Below, piece by piece: positions 46,607-55,877 of a DNA stretch of 64,000 nucleotides. The notes beneath the pieces are model-generated. The model was not told the DNA's origin. It saw only the letters and a list, made by a program, of their open reading frames with translations, and made no database searches. Position 1 is the stretch's first letter. Each line of letters starts with the position of its first letter. Position numbers and translations under genes: made by a program. The DNA lies in sequence record PP400784. One strand, given 5' to 3'. The stretch is from Escherichia phage FL38.

Positions 46607-46765
46607 TTACTTAATGATACTTACTTTACCAGATCCATGACAATGAGCGCAACACCCATCACCACGCAATCCTGTTCCGTTACAGTGTTTACACTTCTTC
46701 AACGGTAAAGCCATTATAGCAAATAAAGCAATAATGAATACCGAAACTAAATTCTCAATAATCAT
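46607..46765 (-). CDS. small membrane-anchored zinc-finger protein, 52 aa (not in track)
   Basis: ATG 46765 with GAGGG upstream; hydrophobic N-terminus then CKHCNGTG...CCAHCHGSG, two CxxCxGxG repeats as in DnaJ zinc fingers. Confidence 0.3.
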   Translation of the reverse strand: MIIENLVSVFIIALFAIMALPLKKCKHCNGTGLRGDGCCAHCHGSGKVSIIK

Positions 46766-47024
46766 AAATCGCCCTCAGTTCTTTATAGCCTCCAATGTGC
46801 TCGTTGTCAATGAATATCTGGGGGTATACAAATCGGAGGCTCTTTGAGTTCATCCTCCCCGCCAGTTCTTCAATCATATCACGGTCGGGAATAATGTCAA
46901 CCCCGACCTGCTTGAATACTGGTTTAAGTGTATACGGAATACCCAGATCATCCAGTAGCTTCATTGCACTAATACAACCATAACAATGATAAGCCTCTTT
47001 CGGTATACCGTATATCTCGATCAT
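46755..47024 (-). CDS. glutaredoxin-like protein (NrdH-like), 89 aa
   Basis: CYGC redox motif near the N-terminus; upstream of the nrdG/nrdD cluster. Confidence 0.55.
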   Translation of the reverse strand: MIEIYGIPKEAYHCYGCISAMKLLDDLGIPYTLKPVFKQVGVDIIPDRDMIEELAGRMNSKSLRFVYPQIFIDNEHIGGYKELRAIYDY

Positions 47025-47497
47025 TTCTCAGCCTTTAATCTTTCTAGTTCTTCTTCCAGTTCCTTGATCCGTTGGTCACGTTCAAAGTCACGCTGCAACT
47101 TAGTGGCGAATACTCGTTTAAACTGATTGTAATCATCGATTTTAAACACTTCTTCTTCGCCATAGCGACGCACAGAAACTTCGTAGTTATTGAAGAATTG
47201 TTGCATCATTGCTTCGGATGATAGCTCTGCTGATACCACTTTAAAATATTGATCTTCTGTAGGCGAAAACCAATTACAAGCATAAAGATAAACCTTTTCA
47301 TTGTCTGGACACTGGTAAGCCTTACCATCGATTTCAATCACAGAAACATATTCAGGTATACTAGATGAATCAATAGCTAAGACTTTAAACGCACGGTCCC
47401 CGATAAACTCGGAGATCACACGATTCGCATCACTGGTTGCAAATGCTTTACGCGCTTGTTCGTTTTTCCACTGATAGGTCATGCCAACAACAAACAT
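47021..47497 (-). CDS. member of the nrdGD-flanking paralog family (N-terminal beta domain plus C-terminal coiled coil)
   Basis: Start set to ATG 47497 (GAGG upstream); motifs GMTYQWK, IEIDG and a C-terminal charged heptad region. Confidence 0.45.
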   Translation of the reverse strand: MFVVGMTYQWKNEQARKAFATSDANRVISEFIGDRAFKVLAIDSSSIPEYVSVIEIDGKAYQCPDNEKVYLYACNWFSPTEDQYFKVVSAELSSEAMMQQFFNNYEVSVRRYGEEEVFKIDDYNQFKRVFATKLQRDFERDQRIKELEEELERLKAEK

Positions 47498-47498
47498 A

Positions 47499-48323
47499 TT
47501 ACCAACCTCGCTCTTTACCAATCAAAAATTCAACTTCACGACGTTTAATGTCTTCTTGAAGGTCTTTAATCTTCTGGCGATCTTGCATGATTTCATCCAT
47601 CTTGTCAAGTGCCGCAATGAAATCATCGAAACGTTCAAAGGTTTTACCTTCATTTGCTTCGCCAAATTTAACCATTGTCAGGCCGTAACGACTACTAAAC
47701 AGACGTTTCAACTGTCCAACGATCTTAGAATCAGTGGTTATAACTTCCAATTCTTCTACTTCACGAAAGAATTTTCTATCAGAATCAATAAACCAGCTAG
47801 TTCCTTTATGGTCTCTATCTTCGGTTGCGCTCATTAGAGTATGGTCTTTACCATCAATTTCAATTACATCAATTTGCCCACATGGACGAACATTTTTAAC
47901 AGTAAAAGGTCTATAATTTATTGCTCGTGCAATAACATAATTAAGATTAGATACGTTTTCAGCATAATGACAGAAGTCGGTCATAGCATTCGCATCTTTC
48001 CAAGTATAAGTTTTACCAACTTCCCATTTCTGGGGAACTTCTTCAACTTCACGAAAGAATTTTCGATCGAATGGACTAAAGAAATATGTTGCAGTCCAAA
48101 TGTCTTTTCCTGTAGCAGTTTTCGCCGTATGATAAACACCGTCTAGCTCTATTGCATCAATCCAACCGTTACCATCGATCTCGATGATGGTAAATGGCTT
48201 GTCACCAATAGCTGCACTAATATCGCTGTTAAGTGGAGAAAGAACACCTTCTCCGTTAGTAATAAACTCAGTTTTAGCGTTTTCATCTTTCCAGGTGTAG
48301 GTTTTACCAATTTCCCATTTCAT
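47499..48323 (-). CDS. paralog family member with duplicated N-terminal domain, 274 aa
   Basis: KWE(I/V)GKTYTWKD...IEIDG...RKFFREVEE occurs twice, followed by a coiled-coil tail. Confidence 0.5.
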   Translation of the reverse strand: MKWEIGKTYTWKDENAKTEFITNGEGVLSPLNSDISAAIGDKPFTIIEIDGNGWIDAIELDGVYHTAKTATGKDIWTATYFFSPFDRKFFREVEEVPQKWEVGKTYTWKDANAMTDFCHYAENVSNLNYVIARAINYRPFTVKNVRPCGQIDVIEIDGKDHTLMSATEDRDHKGTSWFIDSDRKFFREVEELEVITTDSKIVGQLKRLFSSRYGLTMVKFGEANEGKTFERFDDFIAALDKMDEIMQDRQKIKDLQEDIKRREVEFLIGKERGW

Positions 48324-48335
48324 AATATATTCCCC

Positions 48336-48821
48336 TTAACCGATTTTATCAAGTTCGTTTAATGCTTTCTCTGCTTCCTGTATAGCTTGCACCCTTTCCG
48401 GCATTTTGTCAAGAAAATCTTTCAACTCTTCAAAACTGGAGATATGACGCAATGCGTTAGCACCGATAGCCGCATGTGATTTGCATTCAAAGCGGATTTT
48501 ATAATTATCCATCGCCAATTTGAGAAGGTCTATTAGATCATATTCATGACCAGGCAATAAAACTTCTTTGAAGCACGCTCGGTCGCCATCGGAAAACCAT
48601 ATATTATCACCAACATCGATAGAACTAATATAATCCCCTTCGTGATTATAGATTGAACGTACATTACCCCAACGGTCTACCGTAGCGACAGTAAATGGTT
48701 TATCTAGATATGTAAACACACCATCAATATTAGGTTTTTGTTCGTAACGCCAACAATCACGCAAAATGCGCTTTTCGTCCTCACCAACCAACTTATATGT
48801 CTTCCCTTCTTCCCATTTCAT
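48336..48821 (-). CDS. paralog family member, about 161 aa
   Basis: Starts MKWEEGKTYKL at ATG 48821; coiled-coil C-terminus. Confidence 0.45.
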   Translation of the reverse strand: MKWEEGKTYKLVGEDEKRILRDCWRYEQKPNIDGVFTYLDKPFTVATVDRWGNVRSIYNHEGDYISSIDVGDNIWFSDGDRACFKEVLLPGHEYDLIDLLKLAMDNYKIRFECKSHAAIGANALRHISSFEELKDFLDKMPERVQAIQEAEKALNELDKIG

Positions 48822-48825
48822 AATA

Positions 48826-49353
48826 TCATCTCTCATTTTTGATACGTGATTCTAATTGGATCATACGGTCGCGCGTTTGTTTGTATTCTCGGATAGCACC
48901 GATCCGGCTAGGCATACCATCCAGTACGCTCTTAATACCTTCTAGGGTAGTGATTTTAGCAATGCTATTATGCAACCCCATCTTATCGATCAACTGAATG
49001 TCGTAGGCTTCCATAAGCAGACCCAGACGTTCTAAAGTTAGGTCTTCTTCTTTTTCTTCAGAATCTGGAATCTTAGGTTCAATAATAACTTCGGTAAAGA
49101 AACGACGCTCACCCGACCAAAACCACACACCGGAACAGCCAATAGGGGATTCTTTTAACGTCATAGAGTCGAAATCACTACCGATAATAGTAATTTCTCT
49201 AACATCACCATCATCGTCAATGTCTTCTACCCTAAACGGGCGACCAGCCAACAAGTCAACAATACATCTGTTAATAGACGACGAAAATTTAGTCAGTTCG
49301 GCTTTCGACGCTTCGCATTCAATCTTGTAAGTTTTACCAACTTCCCATTCCAT
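48826..49353 (-). CDS. paralog family member, about 175 aa
   Basis: Starts MEWEVGKTYKI at ATG 49353 (GAGGTGA upstream); coiled-coil C-terminus. Confidence 0.45.
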   Translation of the reverse strand: MEWEVGKTYKIECEASKAELTKFSSSINRCIVDLLAGRPFRVEDIDDDGDVREITIIGSDFDSMTLKESPIGCSGVWFWSGERRFFTEVIIEPKIPDSEEKEEDLTLERLGLLMEAYDIQLIDKMGLHNSIAKITTLEGIKSVLDGMPSRIGAIREYKQTRDRMIQLESRIKNER

Positions 49354-49363
49354 AATAATCACC

Positions 49364-49873
49364 TCAAATAATTTTCACTGGAATACTATTAACAATCTTG
49401 TATTGTACTTGATTGTCAGATCCCCGCCACGGCTTCTTCGTTGGCATATCTTTAATATAACGCCCATCGATGAACATGTCAACTGATTCTACAATTTTTC
49501 TTTGCTCATCATTCAATTGGTCAAGGGTATAACCGGACCATAGCCAAATATCTTTATTTGGCATCCATGATTTTACTTCATCGATGATCCGCTGTACACC
49601 CTTTAAATTGCGTTTATACAGTGGATCGCCACCTAAGAATGTTAGCCCCTGAATAAAATCAGGTCTAAGCAGATCCAGAATCAATCCCATTGTATCATCG
49701 GTGAATGGTTCCCCGTTCTTAGGATTGAGTAGGCTAGCATTAAAGCAACCATCACATGCATGTGAACATCCGGTAACGTAAAGGGAGACTCTCACTCCCT
49801 CACCGTTAACCATATCACAATCTTTAATATCGGCATAGCGTAGTTTGCCGTATGTATCAGAACTCATATTCAA
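49364..49873 (-). CDS. nrdG: anaerobic ribonucleotide reductase activating protein NrdG (radical SAM)
   Basis: CxxxCxxC cluster (GCSHACDGC); 169 aa; close to nrdD. Confidence 0.85.
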   Translation of the reverse strand: MNMSSDTYGKLRYADIKDCDMVNGEGVRVSLYVTGCSHACDGCFNASLLNPKNGEPFTDDTMGLILDLLRPDFIQGLTFLGGDPLYKRNLKGVQRIIDEVKSWMPNKDIWLWSGYTLDQLNDEQRKIVESVDMFIDGRYIKDMPTKKPWRGSDNQVQYKIVNSIPVKII

Positions 49874-50009
49874 TTACCCCGAACTCGTTTACAATCTGCG
49901 CTTTATAGTAACCACCGCGAGATGCTAATAGATAAGCTGGGCTTAGGTATTCGTATTCACGGATTTCTACTTGTGCGTTTTCAGTTTCCCAAATCAGTAA
50001 AGTCCACAT
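49857..50009 (-). CDS. hypothetical small protein, about 50 aa
   Basis: Start moved to ATG 50009 after AGGAGAATCAAAT; overlaps the nrdG start by 17 nt. Confidence 0.3.
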   Translation of the reverse strand: MWTLLIWETENAQVEIREYEYLSPAYLLASRGGYYKAQIVNEFGVIEYEF

Positions 50010-50051
50010 ATTTGATTCTCCTGTAAAGTTGTATCTCGTCTTGATGAATAT

Positions 50052-50080
50052 AGTATAGGGGATCTCGCGATCCCCGTCAA
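50052..50080 (-). promoter_or_regulatory. early promoter TTGAC-[GGGGATC-TCGC-GATCCCC]-TATACT, palindromic spacer with two GATC sites
   Basis: Palindrome at 50058-50075; drives 49857..50009 and nrdG. Confidence 0.55.
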
Positions 50081-50084
50081 GCAT

Positions 50085-50612
50085 TTATTTTAAATTTTTT
50101 CGAATGTAGTCAGACCATTCCTTCCCTGTCAGTTCGGTCCCATTCTGGAAACTGAAATATTCATACGGCATCGAGTCAAGATAAAACAGGATCATACATC
50201 GCGCCATATAATACCAATCACGATTAAAGTAAACTACGTTATCACCAGTACCATCAACCCCTTTATCATAACCATCGCGGGTACGGGCGACCCATTGAAT
50301 AGTATCATTTTTCTCGCGGATCGTAACAGGTTCCCAATATCCAGCACATCCAGCATGACCACACGAACAAGTCAGGAAATATTGACCTTTTGCTTTGTTG
50401 TCATCCCATTCACGATGGATTGGTTCGATCTCGTGAAACAGTGCTAAGCAATCATGATTATGCAACACTGGCTTACCATCAATCAATGCATGGAATGTAT
50501 ACAAACGACCAGTAGACAAATAGCTATCCTCACGCTCAACCAGTTCAATAGCAATCTTTTTAGCTCGTTCTTTGTGTCGTTGTGCTTTACGCTTACGGTT
50601 TAATGATTTCAT
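50085..50612 (-). CDS. hypothetical protein, about 175 aa (Cys/His-rich centre)
   Basis: Start moved to ATG 50612 (GAGGTGA upstream). Confidence 0.4.
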   Translation of the reverse strand: MKSLNRKRKAQRHKERAKKIAIELVEREDSYLSTGRLYTFHALIDGKPVLHNHDCLALFHEIEPIHREWDDNKAKGQYFLTCSCGHAGCAGYWEPVTIREKNDTIQWVARTRDGYDKGVDGTGDNVVYFNRDWYYMARCMILFYLDSMPYEYFSFQNGTELTGKEWSDYIRKNLK

Positions 50613-50629
50613 ATTCACCTCACACATTA

Positions 50630-51169
50630 TCAAAGGTCGCGATATAGTACATTATGAAAATGAGAACTTGCATTACCAATATTGTAGATAATAAATTCTT
50701 CATCCGGCGCTTGCGCTACAAATTGAGTATGAGCAACCGCCACAACCTTAAAAATACGATCCGTGATCTTGTGTTTAATTTCTGCCCCTACTTCCATAGG
50801 AACATATTCATTTGTTTCTGTTTCAGTCGCAAAACAGCCATCTTCTTCATAAGCACGAACAAATCGATCGCAATCAGTACGCTTAACAAATTCAAGAGTA
50901 TACAATTCTCGTGAATTGTCGGTATAGACCAATACAGAATTATTATGATAGCGAATCACATACAGGTTATTATCATCGTCAATTACGCAAAAGCTACGGA
51001 TTCCTTCGCCTTGACTCCAGCAGATATTAACCACCGTTCCTCTAATAAAAAAACTTTCCTTTAAATTAAAACTAGTCAATGTGCTAGCGTGCATTTTAAC
51101 AACAACACCATCGCCAATTTCCAGTTTACGAAGTTTAACTTCTTTGTTCAGTACACAAAACATCATCAT
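50630..51169 (-). CDS. hypothetical protein, 179 aa
   Basis: Triple ATG at 51161-51169 preceded by GAGAGGA. Confidence 0.4.
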   Translation of the reverse strand: MMMFCVLNKEVKLRKLEIGDGVVVKMHASTLTSFNLKESFFIRGTVVNICWSQGEGIRSFCVIDDDNNLYVIRYHNNSVLVYTDNSRELYTLEFVKRTDCDRFVRAYEEDGCFATETETNEYVPMEVGAEIKHKITDRIFKVVAVAHTQFVAQAPDEEFIIYNIGNASSHFHNVLYRDL

Positions 51170-51198
51170 GTTGTCCTCTCGTTGTTTTCGATGTGAGC

Positions 51199-51226
51199 AT
51201 TATACATTAGCTAATCATGTTGTCAA
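51199..51226 (-). promoter_or_regulatory. early promoter TTGACA-N16-TATAAT
   Basis: Drives 50630..51169. Confidence 0.6.
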
Positions 51227-51232
51227 CACCCC

Positions 51233-51264
51233 AAAACGAAAAAGCCGACCCTTTCGGATCGGCT
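51233..51264 (-). terminator. rho-independent terminator after nrdD
   Basis: AGCCGA-(10 nt)-TCGGCT followed by a U-run. Confidence 0.75.
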
Positions 51265-51269
51265 GAAAA

Positions 51270-53132
51270 TTACATGTGCTTAACGCGGTTTACCATCTCG
51301 GAGTGTTTCCCGTGGTTAAATGGACGCAGATCAACAGATCCAAGATATCCACTAACGCGACGGATAACATTCATCTTTTCCAGATTGTCATTGCCGCAAT
51401 CAGGGCAAACAAAACCAGACTCGGTCGCTCTCATTTCCTTATTAGATCCGCATACATGACATACATCAGAAGGAGTATTAACACCGAAGTAGTGCAATTT
51501 ATCCATTGCATAGTCTACTACAGTTTCAAGACCTTTCAGGTTGTTTTTCATGTCTGGGAACTCAACATAAGAGATCATGCCACCGGACGCCAGCCAGTGA
51601 TAATCTTTCTCAAAGTCGATTTTCTCAAATGGTGTGACTTTCCGGTCTACGTCAAGGTGGAATGAGTTGGTGTACCAGTCTTTATCGGTAGCACCCTTAA
51701 CAATACCAAATTTCTCTCTGTCCAGTCGATTAAATCGATAGCAAAGACTCTCGGCTGGCGTACCGTAAAGACTAAACCCAAGTCCGGTTTCGTCCTTCCA
51801 TTTTTCAGTATAATGACGCAAGATCTTAAGAATATGTTTACCGTATCGCTGCGCATCTTCCGAATCAAACGGATGAACACCAAACAGGACGCTCAATACC
51901 TCATGTAAACCAATATATCCAAGAGAGATACTAGCGCGACCATCTTTCAGCACTTCCAAAATTTCATCGTTTTGATGAATACGGAAAAATGCACCTTCGG
52001 TATACAGTACAGGAGCAACATTGGCTTTAGCCCCTTTTAAAGCGTCTACGCGACTCATAAGCGCATCAAAACAAATAGGCAGACGATTCGCTAGCTCTTG
52101 TTCGAATAGCTCAATTCTGCGCATTACAGACGCTTTACCAGCACGACGCGCGGCAATAAGGGCAATACGCGGAAGATTCAGAGTCACAACACCTAAGTTA
52201 TTACGTCCGTCTAATACTTCTTCGCCTTTCTCATTATGCCACACACCCAGGAAGCTACGACAACCCATCGGGCTAACCGGAACACTAGATCCAGTGATGC
52301 TACGGTTATTCTTCGCAGAGATATAATCAGGGTAAAGACGCTTACTCGAACATTCCAATGCAAGTTGCTTAATGTCGTAGTTCGGATCTTCCGGTTTAAG
52401 GTTTAATCCTTCTTCTAAGAACATCACCAGCTTAGGAAACACCGGAGTTATACCGTCTTTACCTAAACCTTTAGTTCGAACTTTCAGGATCGCTTTCTGA
52501 ATCAGTTTTTCTTCCCAGCTAGTACCCATACCAAAGGTTAAAGTCACAAAAGGCGTTTGACCGTTGGTGGAGAACAAAGTGTTGATTTCATATTCCAACG
52601 CTTGATACCCGTCTAAAGTTTCTTTTTCTGTCTTCTCTTGTGCATAGAGAGTATCAGCTTTGATTCCGTAGGTTTCGGCATCAGCAAGGTGTTTATGATA
52701 TGTTTTCTCAACGTATGGCGCTAAAACCTGATCGATGTTTGCAATTGTGGTCCCGCCATATTGATGACTTGCCACCTGTGCGATAATTTGAGCGGTTACA
52801 GCACAAGCAACGCCGATTGATTTCGGACTTTCGATTTGTGCGCTACCCAATTTAAAACCATTCTCTAACATGTCTTTGAGATTAACAAGACAGCAGTTAG
52901 TAAACGGCATAGCTGGTGCATAATCCATATCATGATAATGAATATCACCGTCTACATGCGCTTTATAGATGTGCTCAGGTAACACGGTTTTAGCAATCTG
53001 TTTAGACACAGCGCCAGCAATCAGATCTCGACGTGTCGGGAATGTTCGCGCGTCTTTGTTCGCGTTCTCTTTGCTTACTTCGTTTTCTTTACCCGTTGCG
53101 ATCTCTGTAATGTCTTTGATTAGTTTTTCCAT
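51270..53132 (-). CDS. nrdD: anaerobic ribonucleoside-triphosphate reductase NrdD (glycyl radical enzyme)
   Basis: 620 aa; C-terminal glycyl-radical motif RVSGYLGS; four-Cys zinc motif before it; uninterrupted ORF. Confidence 0.95.
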   Translation of the reverse strand: MEKLIKDITEIATGKENEVSKENANKDARTFPTRRDLIAGAVSKQIAKTVLPEHIYKAHVDGDIHYHDMDYAPAMPFTNCCLVNLKDMLENGFKLGSAQIESPKSIGVACAVTAQIIAQVASHQYGGTTIANIDQVLAPYVEKTYHKHLADAETYGIKADTLYAQEKTEKETLDGYQALEYEINTLFSTNGQTPFVTLTFGMGTSWEEKLIQKAILKVRTKGLGKDGITPVFPKLVMFLEEGLNLKPEDPNYDIKQLALECSSKRLYPDYISAKNNRSITGSSVPVSPMGCRSFLGVWHNEKGEEVLDGRNNLGVVTLNLPRIALIAARRAGKASVMRRIELFEQELANRLPICFDALMSRVDALKGAKANVAPVLYTEGAFFRIHQNDEILEVLKDGRASISLGYIGLHEVLSVLFGVHPFDSEDAQRYGKHILKILRHYTEKWKDETGLGFSLYGTPAESLCYRFNRLDREKFGIVKGATDKDWYTNSFHLDVDRKVTPFEKIDFEKDYHWLASGGMISYVEFPDMKNNLKGLETVVDYAMDKLHYFGVNTPSDVCHVCGSNKEMRATESGFVCPDCGNDNLEKMNVIRRVSGYLGSVDLRPFNHGKHSEMVNRVKHM

Positions 53133-53142
53133 TGTATCACCT

Positions 53143-53166
53143 ATGAAAAAGCGGGATTTCTCCCGC
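53143..53166 (-). terminator. terminator-like hairpin just upstream of the nrdD ribosome-binding site
   Basis: GCGGGA-gaaa-TCCCGC then UUUUUC, then AGGTGA and the ATG. Confidence 0.6.
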
Positions 53167-53176
53167 TCGTTGATAG

Positions 53177-53671
53177 TTATTTTACCAGTTCTGCTAATTC
53201 TTTTTCTTTAGCTTCTAGTTCAGCTTTAAGCTGTTTAATCTCTTGTCGCTTCTTATTAGCGGCTTCTTGCTTACTATTTCGGATAACCTGATCTAGATAC
53301 AACTCCCAATCCTGAATATTTTTGATAATGTAACCGTCAACATTAATTGGTCGGAGATTCAGTACAGCTTCCAGTTTAGTCGCAAAAACTTTAATTGCTG
53401 GTGTGAAGTATTCATATTCGTTATCTTCAAACCAATAACCTAGACTTGCATTATCAATACGAAGACGAAGTTCAAGATCAAGGTCTTTATCTTCGGTGTA
53501 AAGATCTTTCACCTGACCCAGCGAACTAACAACAACTTTAAAACGAATTTTATCTACACCACCAAACACATCAGTAAGGATACCAGCAATTGAGCTATTA
53601 GCGCAAGATTGGTCGCTGAATGCGTCAAGGTTTTCTTTAGTTACAGTATACCAAACATCTTGTACCCACAT
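53177..53671 (-). CDS. paralog family member (coiled-coil C-terminus), 164 aa
   Basis: ATG 53671 after GAGAGGATTATATT; C-terminal QEIKQLKAELEAKEKELAEL. Confidence 0.45.
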   Translation of the reverse strand: MWVQDVWYTVTKENLDAFSDQSCANSSIAGILTDVFGGVDKIRFKVVVSSLGQVKDLYTEDKDLDLELRLRIDNASLGYWFEDNEYEYFTPAIKVFATKLEAVLNLRPINVDGYIIKNIQDWELYLDQVIRNSKQEAANKKRQEIKQLKAELEAKEKELAELVK

Positions 53672-53701
53672 AATATAATCCTCTCGTTGTTAAGTGGGAG
53701 T

Positions 53702-53729
53702 ATTATAGCATACTCCCTTCGCATGTCAA
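53702..53729 (-). promoter_or_regulatory. early promoter TTGACA-N16-TATAAT with inverted repeat GGGAGTA/TACTCCC around the -10
   Basis: The -35 overlaps the stop of the upstream gene; drives 53177..53671. Confidence 0.6.
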
Positions 53730-54904
53730 GCACTAACTTTTTTCTTTACTGCTTTCACCTTCTGGCGAATTGCTCGAATCTCTTCGATCTCTTTTTCAGT
53801 CTCTTTAACAATTTCTTTGCGATTCTGAATATCTGTATCTAGATTATCATCAAGTTTAGGCAGCATGTCAATCAAGAACTTTTTAAAGTCTTTCAGGTTT
53901 CGGATAACAGCACCTTCACCCATTACCGCCACGCCTACACCATCCGGCAGATCACCAAACAGCTTAACCAGTTCAGACAGATGATCATGATCTTCTAGTG
54001 CTTCTTCCGGTTCAGATGGCAGTTCAACAAAGTTATAACGTTCATCATTGCTGATCAGGTGATACCAGCAAAGCCCAAAAGATTTAGGAGTATATTCTAC
54101 ACCACCAACTTCAACTGCGTCAACACTTCCGAAAGAATCTACTTTAGTTACCTTAAATCCATGTTCCAGCGTTTTAATAATTTCAATAACATGACTGGAT
54201 ACGGTTTCAGTATTAAACCAATGAGGCAAATTATGTGGATTTGGCTTGTATCGTTCGCCTACTTTAAATCTCTGACCACGCTCTTGCATACGGACATATT
54301 CAACTCGCGTGATTTCCGCGAAGTATTCAAATTCGCTACCGTCAAACAAGCAATTCCATTGATCACAAAAACGGTCCGCCTTGACGGTTTCACCTTTCGC
54401 GGTGATCATGGTAGCTGATCCGTGCAATTCTTCTTCAACTAAAAAGCCATATTCGACAAAATCAACAAGTTTCATGGCTTCTTTGTGCTCTGGGTCATGC
54501 TCTCCCCAGAATCGCTTAAATTCTTGCAAACCTTCTGGGGTAAACGAATAACATTTACCTTTTTCAAAGTAAGTCGGCATTGCATCCTCTTTCTTGTTCA
54601 TCGCTTCGTATGCCTCTTTTGAGATACGTTTAAAGTATTTGCGCTCATTGTGCATAATCATAGTAGACCAATAATAAACGATATCCTCAGCGGAATAAAC
54701 TACATCTCCAGCTTCAATAGTAATAACATGACCGTGGTCATCTTTTTCTAATACTTTAAAGCCCTTTTCTACGATTTCAGCAACCCGAATATGACCACGG
54801 CGCGAAGCATCGGTCAGAATAATTGAATAGCGAGAAAAGTCTAGAAACTCATCTTTACCGCCTTCACGGAATGCATAGTAATGACCTTCAAAGAATTTAG
54901 CCAT
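53726..54904 (-). CDS. paralog family member with repeated N-terminal domains, 392 aa
   Basis: Several internal repeats of the beta-domain motif (ERKYFKRI, HGFKV..V) and a coiled-coil tail. Confidence 0.5.
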   Translation of the reverse strand: MAKFFEGHYYAFREGGKDEFLDFSRYSIILTDASRRGHIRVAEIVEKGFKVLEKDDHGHVITIEAGDVVYSAEDIVYYWSTMIMHNERKYFKRISKEAYEAMNKKEDAMPTYFEKGKCYSFTPEGLQEFKRFWGEHDPEHKEAMKLVDFVEYGFLVEEELHGSATMITAKGETVKADRFCDQWNCLFDGSEFEYFAEITRVEYVRMQERGQRFKVGERYKPNPHNLPHWFNTETVSSHVIEIIKTLEHGFKVTKVDSFGSVDAVEVGGVEYTPKSFGLCWYHLISNDERYNFVELPSEPEEALEDHDHLSELVKLFGDLPDGVGVAVMGEGAVIRNLKDFKKFLIDMLPKLDDNLDTDIQNRKEIVKETEKEIEEIRAIRQKVKAVKKKVSA

Positions 54905-54935
54905 AATATAATCCTCTCGTTGTTTAGATGGGAGT

Positions 54936-54964
54936 ATCTTACTACTCCCGTTTCATCATGTCAA
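54936..54964 (-). promoter_or_regulatory. early promoter TTGACA-N17-TAAGAT with inverted repeat GGGAGTA/TACTCCC
   Basis: Nearly identical cassette to those at 11306-11340 and 55840-55874. Confidence 0.6.
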
Positions 54965-55527
54965 GCGTTAAATGACTTTTGGATCTCTTTCAGTTCAGCT
55001 ACTTTATCTGCGCTGAATTTAGCGTAGGTATCATGTCGAATAATTTCACTTTCAAGAAAGGTTTCCAGTCGAGATCTATTTTCAATAAGGAACTCTTTCA
55101 GGTCTTCCGCGTTCTTGACAAAGATTTTATTGTCGGTAATGTCATCTTCAATCGCAAAGGAGATAGAGCGAACTTTACCAAACAAGTTAATCAGATCTTC
55201 CAGAGATTCTTCTTTCTTAACTGGTTTCATTTCTTCAAACTGCTTTTTAGTGATGCGTTTAAAGTATTTGCGCTCGCTTGCATCAATCATGATTGACGCA
55301 CCCTCATAATCATGAGTTTCTACCAAATACACTTTACCCATAACATTAACCGTAAGAACTTTAAAGCCCCTGTGAAGCACACCATACAGGAACTTGTTAT
55401 GTTGTGGGTAGCGTTTAACAAATTCCTCTGCGGACTCAGCATTACGGAAAGTGTAATAACGACCTCGTTCAAAAACAGCATCATTTGAAGACTTAGCCGG
55501 ATACAATTTATACGTTTTCTGTACCAT
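54961..55527 (-). CDS. paralog family member, about 188 aa
   Basis: Start set to ATG 55527 (GAGGATTATATT upstream); motifs RGFKVL, ERKYFKRI. Confidence 0.45.
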   Translation of the reverse strand: MVQKTYKLYPAKSSNDAVFERGRYYTFRNAESAEEFVKRYPQHNKFLYGVLHRGFKVLTVNVMGKVYLVETHDYEGASIMIDASERKYFKRITKKQFEEMKPVKKEESLEDLINLFGKVRSISFAIEDDITDNKIFVKNAEDLKEFLIENRSRLETFLESEIIRHDTYAKFSADKVAELKEIQKSFNA

Positions 55528-55541
55528 AATATAATCCTCTA

Positions 55542-55814
55542 TCATTTCACTAATTGAACAGCACGGAACAGAATGCGCTCACACGGAAGCAGCATAAATT
55601 CCCAACGCGGATCAAAGTCTTTAGCGGTGTATGTTTTCCCATCAACCGAGATTTCACTTACATAACCAACAGGTGACACTTTAAGAACAGTAAACCCATT
55701 CTTGATGACTTCGTAGGTATATTTCACCCCTTCGTATTCATCATCTAAGAAGTCTTTATGTGCTTGCTCAGATTTAAAAACATAGGCAACACCGGATTTA
55801 AACATCTTACGCAT
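55542..55814 (-). CDS. paralog family member (N-terminal domain only), 90 aa
   Basis: Start set to ATG 55814 after AAGGAGAATCAACA; NGFTVLKV...DGKTYTAKDF. Confidence 0.45.
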   Translation of the reverse strand: MRKMFKSGVAYVFKSEQAHKDFLDDEYEGVKYTYEVIKNGFTVLKVSPVGYVSEISVDGKTYTAKDFDPRWEFMLLPCERILFRAVQLVK

Positions 55815-55845
55815 TGTTGATTCTCCTTCTTGATTAGATGGGAGT

Positions 55846-55874
55846 ATTTTACTACTCCCATTTCTTATTGTCAA
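55846..55874 (-). promoter_or_regulatory. early promoter TTGACA-N17-TAAAAT with inverted repeat GGGAGTA/TACTCCC
   Basis: Immediately downstream of the gp49 stop. Confidence 0.6.
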
Positions 55875-55877
55875 CTA

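Noticed and set aside
51270-53132. Looked for a group I intron with a homing endonuclease in nrdD (as in T4) and for mob/seg homing endonuclease genes near nrdG/nrdD
   Set aside because: nrdD is an uninterrupted 620-aa ORF and no GIY-YIG or intact HNH ORF was recognised in the window.
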